The translations under genes were made by a program, and so were the position numbers. DNA of 64,000 bases from the human T2T-CHM13v2.0 reference genome, Homo sapiens, in NCBI RefSeq assembly GCF_009914755.1, contig NC_060936.1; one strand, given 5' to 3'. Each line of letters opens with the position of its first letter. Position 1 is the first letter of the stretch. Positions 45,390 to 60,100 of this stretch are shown here, piece by piece. The notes below the pieces were generated by a model. That model searched no databases. It was not told the origin of the DNA and saw nothing but the letters and a program-made list of their open reading frames with translations.

Positions 45390-47540
45390 ATACCACACAT
45401 CAGCCATGGTCTTGAGTACTGGAAACACAGCAATGAATAAGGGACACAATCTGTTCCTGCCCTCAAAGAGCTTATGTTTCTGAGGAGAAAACAAATAATA
45501 AGCACCCACGGTAATAATTAAGGCAATGTTAGATTTTTAAGCTCCTTGAAGAAAATACAGTAGAGTAGAGTAGAGTAACATGATTCAGAGTAATTTTGTA
45601 GGAAGGGAATGCATATTTTTTCAAGTGTCACAGGAAACATCTCTCTTTGAGGAGATAATCCGAATCATGAGCTGAATAATGAGAAGGAAGTCTCTAATAT
45701 GAAGATCTAAGAAAGGAGGAACAAATATTAGAGCAGCAAATAACAAGGTCATGAAGTAGGGGGAAGTGTGGTATATCCCCAGGGCAGCAAAGATGGCCAG
45801 GGTGGCTGGAGTGTGGCTAAACAATTGAAAGTTTGAGGGCAATGTATCAGAAACATAAGCAGATCATGGAAAGGCTGGTACACTATGGTAAGGAGATTGG
45901 ATTTTATTCTTCCTGCATGGGAAATCTTTGGGTAGAAATAGTATTACATCATCTATCTATTAGAATTTTACTCATGCTGCTCTTTAGAGATTGGGATGAA
46001 GAAGGCAAGAGTGGAGACCAGTTATGAAGAGGTGTAGGAGTCTCTGTGATCAAGGATGAGACTTAGACTAGATTAACAACAGCAGAGATGGGGAGAAGTA
46101 GCAGCTTGGATATATTTCAGTGTAGAGTTGATTTGATTTACCAGTGGGTAGAATGTGCGTCATGAGGGAAAGAAGAATCAAGAATTACCCCTAAGCTTGG
46201 ACTGAGCAATGAGAAGTTGATAGTTCTGATGGATAGAGAAGGCCTAGGAAAGAGGAATTTGTCAGAAGATGGATGAGGTTAGTATATCTGTACTTCTGTT
46301 GGGGCCATGTTAAGCTTAAAAGATACCAATGCAGAGATGGAAATCAAGCAACAACATTTATAAAATAAAGCTTAGGGGAGATATTTGGGCTACAGAGGCC
46401 GTCTTGAGTGATCTAAGCCTACAGATGGTATGTAAAGCCATGGACTGAACAAGATTACCACGGAAAAGGTTTCACCAATAGAAAAAGAAGAAAAAAGAAC
46501 AGTCTAAAATCTAGATCTGGAATGGGAAGACAGCAAGAAGACCGATAAGGAGCTGCACAAAAGGAAAAAGATAAAGAAATGTGTGTGTGAAGGAATGAAG
46601 AAATAGAAGACAAAAGAATAAAAGGTTTCAAAAAGGAGAGATTGATCATCTATGTCAAATGCTGTTGAAAGGTCCAATTAAAAGAAGAGAAATAATTGTC
46701 CATTTAAAAAGTAATACAGTGTAGTGGCCAAGAGTATAGACTCCAAAGTCCGAGTACCTGGATTCGAATCTAAGTTCCTTCTAGTAACTACTTGATCTTG
46801 GTACGTTATCTATTATGCATGGGCAGCTGAGTTTTTCTCATGTCTAAAAGAGGGATATTAATAGCACAATCTTCATAGGATTAACTGAGGATTAAATGAG
46901 TCATGTATAAAGTGTTTAGGACACTGCCTCCCCGTAGCAGGCACTTCTGTAAGTGTTAGCTATTTCTATTGCTGTTAACATTTGATCTTGGTAAAAATCA
47001 TGTTAGTGGCATGAAAAAAATAAAAGCATTATTGAAGTAAGTTTAGTAGAGAAGGAAAGGTAAGGTTGTTATAGTTATAAAAAGTCTTTCAAGGAGTTTT
47101 TCTGGGAAGGGAGAAAGGAAATGAAGCAAGAGCTGGAATGAATCATGGGGTCAAGGGAATTTTTTTAAACGGATGCTTTAAAAGGATGCTTGTTTGCTGG
47201 AGTGATCTAGTAGAGAGGGAAAATGACAACACAGGAGAGAAAATAGATCATTAACAAAGAATGTTCTTAAGAAAGAAAAGTAAATTGTGATCCAGGGCCC
47301 CTGGAGGGTTGACATTAGATTTGTGTGAGGACACAATCCATTTTAACAAGAGGAAGGTGGGATATGTAGGTACAGAGTCAGGTAGATGTGAGTGGATTCG
47401 GTGGTGAGAAGATAAGGTAGTTTCTTACCTGATTTCATCTATTTTTCCTAAGAAATATGGCAGCCCTTGGAGAAGAAAAAAAGAGGGTCTGAAATAGATA
47501 CCTAAGAAAGAGTGAATTTACCAGGAAAGAGTGGTAGGAA
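45390..47540 (-). mobile_element. Long L2 relic with a nested MIR (~46712-46970, plus strand)
   Basis: ttcctgccctcaaagagctta, ctatggtaaggagattggattttattct, tgtcaaatgctgttgaaaggtc L2 motifs; MIR core gattaaatgag...taagtgttagctatt. Confidence 0.75.
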
Positions 47541-48081
47541 TACCAGGCAGGGAGTTAGCTGATGCACACTGTGAATTGCAGAGAACACAGCAGAATGGGA
47601 GATGGAGTGAGACTGCAGAGCAGAGTGGAGATAAACATCTCTAAGATGATAGATTTCTGGGGATGCTTGGACTTCTGAGAGTGATTTAGGGAACCAGGGA
47701 TGTGAGTCATGATGAGATTACTCCTCTAAATCTCTGAATGGAAGCCAGGGAAAGATGATTAGGGCTTCTTCAGATAGTGACATCAGTAGGCAGATCACTA
47801 AGGTGAGATAGCTTCTGGGAGAACATTATGGTGGCTAGGGCTCTGTTCTCTTTCATGGTCCTATAACAGCCAGGAGCACATGGTGAGTTTCCCCTGATCT
47901 CTCCTCTGAGAAAAGAGGCACCATTCTAGCACCAAGGCCAGCTTCCTTCTGTATTTCAAGGAGATTTTATTATATGTTGAAAAAGAAAGGAGAAGTGAAA
48001 ACTCATCTGTTTTCCATTTCCATACAAAATCAAAATTTATTTCTATTTTGCCTGACTAAATAAATAAGAGGACAAAGTAAC

Positions 48082-48500
48082 TGTGGCATTCACTAGTCCT
48101 GTTGACCAAATATGTCTGGTTCTCTCCCTTCTGGACGAAGGTTGTACTGTACTTCACCACTCCATTTAATTTAGATATAAGGGCATGACGTGCTTTGTCT
48201 AGTGAAATGAAAGTTAAAGTAATATGGGCCACTTATGAGGAGAAACTAATATCAATTCTATATGGAAGCTTTAAGAGCTACTGTGTAATTCAGCATGTTT
48301 CTCCCCACCAGCCAGAGCAACGAATTATGTTGTTGATAGCGGAGGCCACATCAATCTGAATCCCCAACTGAAGAGACATGGAACCGACTCACCACCGATC
48401 ATGATGGGCATATGAGTGAGAAACAAAGCCATGTTGTTATAAACCTCTAAAATTAGGATGTTCTTTGTTACTGCGACCAACTCAGCCTACTATAACTACA
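48082..48500 (+). mobile_element. Old MaLR LTR (MLT1I/J-like)
   Basis: atgagtgagaaacaaagccatgttgttataaacctct...tttgttactgc MLT1 3' motif. Confidence 0.65.
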
Positions 48501-50424
48501 AGGTAATACTTTCACTGCTTCTCAGATTGTTCAGGAGGGTACACTTTCCAAATGTATTAGTCGGAGAATAAGTCAGGGAAGCATGATATCCCAAAGCCCA
48601 AGTCATCCTAGCTTATTTGAGTCAATGCAGAGTCAAGATGAAAAATAAAATATTTAAATATTTCTATAATGTGAGGGGTTCTGAGAAACTATTCTATAAT
48701 GGGATAATGACATTGGGTAAGTTTGGCATGCCAGAGCTCTGGTGAAGAAAGTGTGCCTCTTTCTTCTTGGAAGAGAAAGGAAGTGAAATGATGATCACAG
48801 GGCACAATGGAGAGTAGGGAAAGAGAGGTATGCCCTCCTTCAGAGAGCATGATGCTAGATGTTAGGAGATTAATAGTAAAGTTGACCAGGAAGGGACAAA
48901 TGGTAGCCTGATAGATGCAGGGCTTTCCTGCCCAGTGCTTTTTTTTTTTTTTTTTCACTGCCTATGAACAAAATGTAGAAACATGTGGTAGTTTCCTGGT
49001 GAGAAATGAACTTTGTAAAAACCTCTCTCAGCCTTTGTCCTTCTTATTAAAACTGAAGGTGTAAAACTTTTTATGGGGAAGAGAAGAGAGGTAACCTTTT
49101 AAAAATAGAATAGATGATAGATACAGATAGCTAAATATATAAATGAAATAGATGATAGATAGATGATAGATAGATAATCTTGTGCTCAAAAACTTTGAAG
49201 GCATTGGCATTGGTAGGAAAAATATCAAAATATATATATATATATATGCGCCAGTAAATATGTCAAGTGAAGTGAGATACTTCAAAGAAGGAAATTAGCC
49301 TAGCAGGATTTGAACATGAAATATGTATGCATACGTTTAGTTTTCTTATTTGTCTGCTGTATATCTTAAAGTCTTGTTATGATAACCAAATTCTTGTAGA
49401 CAAAGACTAATTTTTCATGTAAACTGCTCAGTATGTGGTATGTGTTTAATAAATGGTAAACAAGCAATTTAAAAAGATAAAACTAATTCCTGTGGTTTTT
49501 CTTTAAAAGGTTAATGAGACGGGAGGAAATTCAAGCAGTTACTAGAATTCTCTACACAGATTCAGACAGAGCTTGTGATAAACTAACCTAATTGAATATT
49601 AGTGCTTTCCAAATTAACAAAATAGGCTTCACAGAAGATCAGTTAGTATCATATTAAAATGATGCAAGACCCCCTGGAGAAGATTTAAATGAAAAAGAAC
49701 AAACAATTTTATTCATGTCACAATTCCCAAGTCACCAAAAAAAAAAAAAAAATTCTGAAATTTTTCCTCCATGGACGTGATGCATAAACACAAAGTATTC
49801 CCTCCTACTTTTTTGTGAAATGACAGCATAGACATATAGATTTCATTAAATTCTCATGAAACAGGGATACAAAGTCTTACCCAGCTCTAATTTCTGCCTT
49901 CCAAGGTTATGGCCCTTATGTCTCATTTCAACAATAGGACCTTTGGCTCTATGGTACCCCAGAAACACGGCCTTAGGATACTGCCTCTTAAATCATATCT
50001 TAGATTTCTAAATATTTTCTGAAGCTATTATGACTGGTATATTTTGAAACGAAGTCCCATAGGCATTTTACCAAAACCTCTGCTTCAAGCTGCTTTTTTG
50101 ATGTAGTGAAAGAAACTTATTCATAAAAAAGAAAATCAAATTAAATGACATTTGACTTATACAGGCATAGATTTTTAAAAATTATACATAATAATATTCA
50201 TTGCATTATATATACATAATATGGTCACATCTGATTGATCACTTGTGAACCAACCATAAATACATGGGTATGAAAATATGGGTTCACAGTAGAATAATAT
50301 TTATGCAAATTATTCACCTTAAATAGTAGTTACTGGCCATAGCTTAATATGAGCACTAACTTATGTATATTACATTCTATATGTGAAAATAATTTATACA
50401 CTCCATAAACCATTTATGAAATAA

Positions 50425-50650
50425 TGGTGATTGCTAACATTGACTGAATATTTATTGTGTGATGAGCATTATTTCATTTTATCAATGCAATAACCACTGA
50501 CAAGGAAACTATACCTCCAATTTGCAAGGGACACAGAAATGTTAAGAGACACAGAAATGTAAGTTGGCCAAGATAAAATACTGAGTAAGAAACAAAATTA
50601 GAGATAAGAATCCAGATAACTTACTTCCAGAAATCATGATCTTGACCATT
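50425..50650 (-). mobile_element. MIR SINE
   Basis: gctaacattgactgaatatttattgtgtg...gatcttgaccatta. Confidence 0.55.
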
Positions 50651-50663
50651 ATCTTATAATGCC

Positions 50664-51069
50664 TGATATGGTTTATATCTGTGTCCCCACTCAAATCCCA
50701 TGCTGAAATGTAATCCCCAATGCTGAAGATGGGTCCTGGTGGAAGGTGATTGGATCATGGGGCAGTTCCTAATGGATTAGCACCATCCCCCTAGTCCTGT
50801 TCTTGTGAAAGAAATTTGGTTATTTAGAAGTGTGTAGCACCTCCCCTCTTGCTCTCTCTTCCTCCTGCTCTGGGCATGTGAGATGTCTCACTCCCCCTTT
50901 GCCTACTACCATGATTGATTGTAAGTTTCCTGCAGCCTCCCCAGAAGCCTAGCAGGTAGCCAGCATCATGCTTGCTGTACATCCTGTAGAACCATGAGCC
51001 AATTAAACCTCTTTTCTTTATAAATTACCCAGTCTCAGGTATTTCTTTCTAGCAGTGTGAGAACAGACC
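50664..51069 (+). mobile_element. MST (MSTA-like) MaLR solo LTR
   Basis: tgatatggttt...tgtaatccccaatgctg...agaaccatgagccaattaaacctcttttctttataaattaccc; 5-bp TSD atgcc at 50659-50663 and 51094-51098. Confidence 0.88.
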
Positions 51070-52479
51070 TTTCTATGCAAGAAAGACCTTTCTATGCCTT
51101 CCTGAAGTTCTAAACACATGCAGCAGACTCCAATTCCAGATTATGTGGAGGAATGCAGTAAGTGTATCACTGTCCTTACACATAGTGCTTGATAACCTTG
51201 AAAGAGCTTAGCTTGACCTATACTATATGTGAATAAACTCTAAAGCAAGTTTATTCCTTTTCCAAAGAATTGGTTTGTTCACCTCTAAAATGGCTTTCTA
51301 GAGTCTTTATGAAGACCAAATGAGATAATGTGTGTGAAGCTGCCTTTAAATTATATATTACTTAAATGTTAATTACCTTTATTTTTATGATTAGTGTAAT
51401 TAACGAATATCAAAGTAATGCAATATGCATATAAGCTGCAAAGAAGTGGCTGTTAGGGGAAGTTATCTACATTCTATAGAAGTTCTAATTTCATTTTTTA
51501 TATATATATATATATACATACACATACAGTTAATTGTGTTGACTTGAGATGCCTATAAAAAAATCAATCTGACATCAAATCTACAAAAGAGAGTAAATTT
51601 AGCGTCAAGTTGTGAATTTGTTCCTACTTGGTTTCCTCTACACTAGATTTCAGTTCTTATTTGCATTCTGATTTGTCTCATTGATTATGAAATTTTGTTT
51701 GTCTCTATATACTCCTATTTAATAGTTTACCCAGCCTGACTAGCTCCCTGGAGAATCTATATTGTACCTTCTAAGCAGAAATAAAGCATCACCTACATGC
51801 ACCAATAGGCAACTGAAATGCGAGCTAGTTAGTGGATTTAGGTTGCTGTAAATCACTTTAAATTGAAAAAATGTGCTGAAACAAAACTTTCTGAGACAGC
51901 TAATTTCTCACTTTAATTCATTAGAATGGGAAAATAGCTCATATTTTTTAGACTTTCATGCTGAAGCAATCTAATTAACAGAAATAGTAATTTAAATAGC
52001 TCAATGAAATTTCAAAAGTTCTCATAATTTATGAAGTCAGGATGATCAGGAGGAAACAACCAAGTGCCGATGACATGTTTACAAATTCTGTTTTTTAAAA
52101 CTGTTCCACTTTTATATGGAAAAAAGAAAATGAAATTTTGGGGTGGGAAAAGATTGCCACTAAAGAAAGGATAATATCCATAAAATTTCAATTTAACAGT
52201 ATGGTCTCTATTAACAAAAGCAAATTCTCAACCAGAGAATGTCCCCCAGTCTCTTTTAAGAGAAAGCGACAAAACAAAGGGAGATTCACTCATGGGATAA
52301 TGCTTAGATTCTTTGCCTCTCACCTCAATCATGAATATCTTCCCACCCACATTTTAAATGACAGTCGATGTTAAGAAAGGTGTATCTAAAGGAATAAGTG
52401 GACCCTTTATACACTGTCCAGCAACTTCTGCTTGTAAGGCCTGTTCTGGAAAAGAGGTACGAGACCACTGAAATCCATC

Positions 52480-52846
52480 TCTTCAGAAATTTAAAGTAAA
52501 AGCTGCAGAACAGACACATGGAAATTGACACATGAGCCAAAAGTATGTCTGGTATCAGGAGTCAGGTAACCCACAGAAAGCTTCGCGCATGCCTCACGGT
52601 AAAGAGGGATGGAGCTCGGAGGAAGCAATCAGGAAAGGGAACCAAGCACAGCAGCAAAGAGAGGTCAGAGAGAAGGGAGCAGGTGGTCCATGAGCTGCCT
52701 TGGTGTATGCCCTTCTGCAGATTTTCCTGTTTTTTTCTGAATTCCTGAAAACATTTTCCAGAATATGTTTCAATTGGCCCCCTTTTTTTTCGTGAGGTAA
52801 CTTGATGATGTCTCTGTTCCTTGATCCAAAACTGTGCTGACTAAAT
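52480..52846 (+). mobile_element. Old ERVL-type LTR relic
   Basis: 3' end gtctctgttccttg...aaaactgtgctgactaaa resembles LTR33/LTR16-class ends; family uncertain. Confidence 0.35.
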
Positions 52847-53094
52847 GATTTCCTTGTTTAAATTAAAGCTATAATTAACAAAAGCTCATTATCAGCCAGA
52901 AGTATTCTCCACCTTCATTTTTAAAAGGAAAAAGACAAATTCCTACCTTCTAAGTAGGATCCAGGAAACATAATCTAACAGTCACACCTCCTACATTTAC
53001 CTCATACTGAAAACTGATACTTCAAATGATGACCCTAAGTCCATTTACAATTACAATAAAGGAGAAATGGTCCATTTTAGATTAGATGATTGAT

Positions 53095-53121
53095 TGATAG
53101 ATAGATAGATAGATAGATAGA
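53095..53121. repeat. (GATA)n microsatellite
   Basis: Directly visible. Confidence 0.9.
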
Positions 53122-53894
53122 TTTTTAATGGCAAAGTTTGAAAAGAAAATTTTCTGATTAATCTTAAATTATACAAAACTGTAAAGAAATAGAACATCCC
53201 CAATTCCCAAGCATTGTAGGAATCACATTGTTCTTTTATGATTAAGATTATTCCTATAAGCATTCCTAGGAAGGAGTGTAGTGCAGACCAAGTGCTTTCT
53301 GAGGGAATGACCCAATGGGAGAAAGAGTGTTGAAAAGACAGATTCAGGATTGGGGCTCTCATGTGTAGTTGTTTGTCCCTGAAGAGTGTGACTTGGAGTA
53401 AGGCATTTAGGTCTCTGGATCTCTTTCCTTATCTGTAAAATGAAGAAATCAGACTAGATTTGGAGTTAATTTAGACTTAGAGATTTCTCCCAATTCAAAA
53501 GTTTAATGAATTTGTAAAATGATTAGGTTTCATTAAAATGAAGACAATCTTTTAAACCTTTCAGAAAATGAAAATCTAAATATTACAGATTTTTAACCCC
53601 TTCAAACTAAAACAAATTAACTTCATTTTAGTCCCTAAACTTAGTGAGAAACTGAGGAGTTTATGAAATTTGTAGTTTAGATATATTTCTTATCTGTATG
53701 AAGTTATAAGTCTTAACTGCACAGTATAATATTCACTATAAAGTCAATCCGCACCCACACTTCTTTATGTACAAAACAGCTTGATTATGGTCAATTCCAC
53801 GAGAGAGATCTAGTTCAAATAGTAATATAGGACAGTGGATTGGCTGAGGATTCTGAAGTCAGATGGTCTAGGTTCAAGTCCCAGCTTTAGAAGA

Positions 53895-54320
53895 AAGTGC
53901 TTTCCTATGCATCAAACCTTTTTCTTTCCTCCTGGCTTCACAGCTAGGCTATTTTCCAGTCTTCCTTGCAGTTAGATATAGGCAGTGACACAAAGAATGT
54001 GGGCAGAAGTAAGTTATGCTTTTTCAAGTCCAGGCTTATAAAAACCTCCCACTCCATCACCCACTCTCTCTCTTCTCCTTTCAGGTAGATGTTAGTGCCA
54101 GGAGTGACCTTGGAAACCATGTGTAGAAGATTGCAGAGCTACCATAAACCTGAGTCTCTGAATGACTATGTAGAGGAGAGACCCACCCCTACTACCAGCT
54201 GGATTTCACATAAGCAAGAAATACATTTAGGCTATGTTAAGCCAATGTAATCATAGGCTATGTTAAGCCAATGATTTTGATGTATATCTGTTATAGTAGC
54301 AAGCCTTAGCTTAACTAATA
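53895..54320 (+). mobile_element. MLT1J-like LTR nested within a MIR
   Basis: ctattttccagtcttccttgcagttaga...gaatgtgggcagaagt...ctgagtctctgaatgactatgtagag; MIR halves at ~53820-53890 and ~54420-54580. Confidence 0.7.
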
Positions 54321-54829
54321 TTCCTAGTAATAATGATATTCCTAGTAATGGACTTAGGAAGGAGTTGGGTGCAGCTCAAGTGCTTCTTAAGGGAAATGAC
54401 ATAGGAAGTAGAAAGAGCAGAGAACGGAAATATATAATTTGAGAAAATTGTTTTATCTCTGTAAGCATCAGCTATTCATAGGTGAAATAGGAATTGTGAT
54501 ATTACCTACCATTAAGTGCTATAATGAGGGTAAATTGAGCTAACCTTCATAAAGATGCTTAAACTTAGTGTTAGCTATAATTATTATGGAGAGTAATAAC
54601 ATCTAAACCAGACCCTTGTATATATTTATGTAATGCAGATATCTAAGAGATAATCATAGATTTTTTTAGAGACTTAAAAATAAAGTCCAAACTTGCCATT
54701 TTGTAAAAAGGGAACTGGTGATGAGAAAACATAATCCTAATTCTATATCACAGAGCTAGAGAGGAGGAGATAGCTAACTAGAACTCACTTCTCTTAATTT
54801 CTAGTTAGTTCACTGTCAGTTCCATTAAC

Positions 54830-55590
54830 TCCTCCACCCCTCATTTCTTTGGTCACCAAATCCCTGTAAGTCTGCCTTTTGTAAACCCTTTTGATTTTCC
54901 TCTCTTCCCTACAACTTCACTTCTACTGATTTAGCTTAGGCATCCTTAACATTTCTTTCTTGCAAAACCACAAGAGCCTGTGACTTATTTCCCTACTTGT
55001 TAGCTTACTTCCCTATACACACATAAACACACACATACTACCATGGAAGATCCTTCTAAAAGTAATTCTGCAATATAGAATCATTTGTGGCTCTTCATTT
55101 TTTATACAATAATTCAAACTCCAGGCATTGCAAAAGCATCCTTCCCTCAGCCTACATCCGTCTTCTCTAGCTTCACTTTCCTGTGCACATGTGTTGCATC
55201 CTACACTGAAGGCACATAAACTATTATCAGAGTCTTATACAAAGCATACCTTCACATCTCTTTGTCTTTGCCAAGTCCATCTCCCTGTTTCTTGATTCCT
55301 TGCCCTCTTTTAATCTTTCAAGATTTAGAGCATCACATCCTCTACTCTAGGAAGCTGTTACTTAGCCCGTTAGGTAGACTGAACCATTCCCTGCTCTGAT
55401 TAACAATTTCTTACTTATCTCTGTAACGCGTGTAATTGTCTTTTATATTTACTTTTTATATCTCTGTTTCCCCTACTAAATTTTGTGGACCAAATCTATG
55501 GCTTTTAATCTATGAATATCCAGCTTGAGACACAGTTTGAGAGCCAAAATAGAAAATTAAAATAATTGAAGAACAAATGAATAAATGAAT
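54830..55590 (+). mobile_element. L2 relic
   Basis: tcaccaaatccctgtaagtctgcc, tctctgtttcccctactaaa and an (atga)n-like tail. Confidence 0.6.
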
Positions 55591-57039
55591 GGTTTACTAC
55601 AAGGGTTCTCAAAAGAAAGAAATAAAAACAGTAAATTTAACATTTTTTTTCCAGTCCAGGCTTAGATAAACTTATTGGAAATTGTAAAAACATTTGACAT
55701 TGTCTCTTTGTGAATATGTGTGTATGTGTGCTTAACTTTTTTTCTAATGGAGAGCCAAGTACAGTTTTAGGAGAGATAAACCCTGGATGGGGAGGTAAGA
55801 AGCTCTGGCTTCTAGAACTTGCACTGACACAAACTGATGGTTTCATCTTTGACAAATCAGTTAATCTCACTAAGTCACAATTTATCATCTGTGGGATAAA
55901 GTTGGTGATATATGATGGTAGGGCATTTAATATCGTAGTAAAGAAAAAAGTGACATCAGCTAAAAGCATGTTTATATTGTTATATTATAGAAGAAACTTA
56001 TGACATAATCAATGAAAGCCTGCTCATCAGAGAAGCAATGTGGCATTGGACTCTGACCTAGGATATCTTGATTTTGGTCCTAACTGGTCAGGAATATTAT
56101 TTCAGAAAGCACTTTACTTATTTGGACTTTAGTTTCCTCAACTATAAAATTAGAAGAATCTCTAGATTTCTTTCCAACTCCAAAAATGTATTGTACAGTG
56201 TGATATGTAAAAAATTTAGATGAAGAGAGGCATTAAGTCATTTAATATTAAGAAGTGATTATTCCCTGCAAGGATGAACTTTTACTGTTTCCTGTATCTA
56301 ATTTTGCAGATTTATAATTCCATACCCTTCTGTATGCTAAGAGGTTTTTTTTTCACATATGTGGTATGCTTTGAAGCCAGCAAGAGCCCTATAAACAGAG
56401 GAAATCAGTATTATTTAAGAATGAACAAAATCTTTGCCTTCCAACTACAATCCAACAAAATCTTTTCTCACACACGGAAGGTTTGCTTTGTTCCCAGTGA
56501 TTGACATGAAAAGCAAATTTAGGTTATCTTTTCTCTACACTTCAGCAATTTCAGTAAGGAACATCCAGGTTCTGAGTGTCACTCTAGATTAAAAGGATAT
56601 AAATCCTTAGTCAAATTATTAAAGAGGACAAGGATGAAGCTCATTTTTTTTTTAGTTTTTAGAAAAAAAAAGCTAATAGCTCTTTGAAAACTTATATTCT
56701 GAACTACCCATTCACTAGCAATTTTACACTGTCATCTCAACTAAGCTTTTCATTGTTGTTGACATCTTCTGAAAATGTCCTCTTAAAAATGACTTTAAAA
56801 TTCACTTATGATGTGAAACTCAAATTAAAATAGAGAAGCAGTAAAAATGTATTAGGAGAACCACTTGTCAGCAAGTCAAGAAACCTGTGCTTTCATTTGT
56901 ATTTCACTACTAACCATGAGATCACTGCCTAGTCATTCACACATTGAAGATTCCCTCAACAGGCATTGTGCTATCTCTCCTGGAAATATAAATCCAAACC
57001 ATCTCTACTTTTAAAAAACCTAGAAAGCAGTAGAGGGAG

Positions 57040-57150
57040 AGAACCAGGCACACAAAAACTAAAATAAATTATCCATGAAAGAAAGAATAGATAAGCTGAA
57101 CTTCATTAATAGTAAAATTGGAAATTTCTGCTCTGCAAAAGACACTGTCA
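57040..57150 (+). mobile_element. Older L1M ORF2 fragment, 5' part (host of the L1PB)
   Basis: gataagctgaacttcatt...tttctgctctgcaaaagacactgtca continues after the L1PB at 63718. Confidence 0.75.
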
Positions 57151-60100
57151 GTCAAAAAAAATGGTGAAAAGTAGGTAGAACTAATAGTAGGTAGGACTAG
57201 GCAGCTCCCACTCGGATGGACAGAGCAGCTTGTGGAGACTCATACTGTGAACTCTTGCTCCAAGAACTACCGCAGGGACATACCAGGAAAGCTGAGAGAA
57301 TTCACAGACCCTTTGAAAAAAGTGGCTTGCCACTGTAGGTTTCGTGAGATGGCCAAAAAAACTGTGAGTAACCAAAGTGTGAGGGGGAAGGTCCACCTCC
57401 AAACAAACATCCTCACTGGTGAATCTGAAGGTCCAGATCATGGGAGAAGGATTTGACCTTACCTGGAGCTGAGATGAATTTAGAGAGCAAAGTGAAATAT
57501 AAGAGTAGAGGAAGCAGCTGGAAGAGTGCTGTGGGCACTCTCGGTCCCCAGGGAAGGCATTCCTGATTTTGTCTCACAGGGGTCCTTGGGGAGGTCTGCC
57601 AGTGGAATTGGAGAAAGACCACAAGGAGAAAGAAACTTCCAGCTGAATTTTGTAACAATTTTGACTGAACATGAAGTTTCCTAGACAGAATCTGGGGGAG
57701 GGGACAAATGGGGAGTGCACATAGAAGCACAGAAACTGCAGCAAATGGGGAGATGTGAAGCCTGAAAGCCCTGCCTGCTTTCTCAGCAGGGAGGCTTGTA
57801 TCCTGGGGCACCTTCTCACCCCTGCTCACTGGCTGCCTTGAAATGAACTCTGTGCTGTTGGTGGGGCATGGTGGGAGTGAAATTGTTCTTCAGGCTGCAT
57901 GGAAGCTGGCTGAGGCCTGTCACTGCCAGCTTTCCCCCACTTCCCCACTTCCCTGGTATGAAGCAGCAGAGGCAGCCATAATTCCCCTGGGAACATAACT
58001 CCATCAGCCTGAGAACTATATCCTTATCCCCCAAAGCAGCTGCAGTAAGACCCACCAAAGGAGGGTCTGAGCTCAGACATACCTAACCCTACCTCCACCT
58101 GATGGTCTTTCTCTACCCACCCCGGTAGTCAAAGACAGTGGACATAATTACTGGGGGGCTCCAAAGCTCTTCCTACTGCCTGAGAAATCTGAATACTTAT
58201 CCAGGCAACACTAGTGCAAGCCTGTAACCTCCCTGCACTACCACAGCTGATGCTCTCTTGAAAGCACCACCTCTTAGCTGGAGGCCAACCAACACAAAAC
58301 CATTGCATTAAAAAAAACTACAACAAAGGACACTCACAGAGTCCACTTTACTCCCCTGCTACTTCCACCACAGCAAGTGCTGATATTCACAGATGAGAGA
58401 CCTGAAGACAGATCACATCACAGGACTCTTTGAAGACACCCCCCAGTACTTGCCTGGAGCCCAGTAGCTCCAATGGGTGGCTAGACCAGGAAGAGAAATA
58501 ACAATCACTGCAGTTCAGCTCTCAGGAAGCCCCATCCCTAGGAGAAGGGGGAGAGCACCATAATTAAGGGAGCACCACATGGGAACAAAAAATCTGATCA
58601 GCAGCCCCTGAGTCTCAGATCTTCCCTCTGACAGTCTATCCAAATGAGAAGAAATCAGAAAAACAGTTCTGAAAATATGACAAAACAAGGTTCATTAGCA
58701 CCCCCAAAAGATCACAGTAGCTCACCAACAATGAATTCAAACTAAGATGAAATATCTGGATTGCCAGAAAAAGAATTCAAAAGGTCAATTATTAAGCTAC
58801 TCAAGGAGGCACCAGAGAAAGGTGAATATCAACTTTAAAAAATCAAAAAAATGATACAGGATATGAACGAGAAAATCTCTAAAGAAATATATGGCATAAA
58901 CAAAAAACAATCAGAACTTCTGGGAAGGAAGGACACAATTAGAGAAATGCAAAATACACTGGAAAATCTCAGCAATAGAATTGAAGAAGTAGAAGAAAGA
59001 ATTTCAGAGCTCAAAGACAAGGCTTTCAAATCAACCTAATCAGACAAAAACAAAGAAAAAAGAATAAAAAAATTAATAAAGCCTCCAAGAAGTTTGGAAT
59101 TATGTTAATCAAACCTAAGAATAATTCATGTTCCCAAGGAAGAAAAGAAATTTCAAAGTTTGGAAAACATATTTGAGAAAATAATAGGGGAAATCTTCCC
59201 TGGCCTTGCTAGAGATCTAGACATCCAAATACAAGAAGCTCAAAGTACACCTGGGAAATTCATTGCAAAAAGATCACCACCTAGTTACATAGTCATCAGG
59301 TTATCCAAAGCCAAGACAAAGGAAAGAATCATAAGAGCTGTGAGGGAAAAGCATCAGGTAACCTGTAAAGCAAAACCAATCAGATTAACAGCAGATTTCT
59401 CAACAGAAGCTATACAAGCTAGAAGGGATTGGGGTCCTATCTTTAGCCTCCTTAAACAACAAAACTAATCAGCCAAGAATTTTGTATCCAGTGAAACTAA
59501 GCTTCATAAATGAAGAAAACATATAGTCTTTTTCAGACAAACAAATGCTAAGAGAATTTGCCACTACCAAGTCAACATTACAAGAACTGCTAAAAGGAAT
59601 TAGAAATCTTCAAATATATCCTCAAAATACACCAAAATAGAATCTCCTTAAAGCATAATTTCACAGAACCTACAAAACAATAATGAAATGGAAAAAAGAA
59701 ACCCAAGGTATCAAAGCAATAACTAGTACAGTGAATAGAAGAGTACCTCACTTTTCAATACTAATGTTGAATATAAATGGCCTAAATGTTCCACTTAAAG
59801 GATGCAGAATGGCAGAATGGATAAGAATTCACCAACCAAGTATCTGCAGTCTTCAAGAGACTCATCTAACACATAAGGACACACATAAACTTAAGGTAAA
59901 GGAGTAGAAAAAGATATTCCATGCAAATGGACACCAAAAGTGAAGAGGAGTAGTTATTCTTACATCAGACAAAACCGACTGTAAATCAACAAATGTTTAA
60001 AAAGACAAAGAAGGACATCATATAATGAGAAAAAAGACTAGTCCAACATGAAACTATCATAATCCTAAATATATATGCACCTAACACTGGAGATCCCAAA

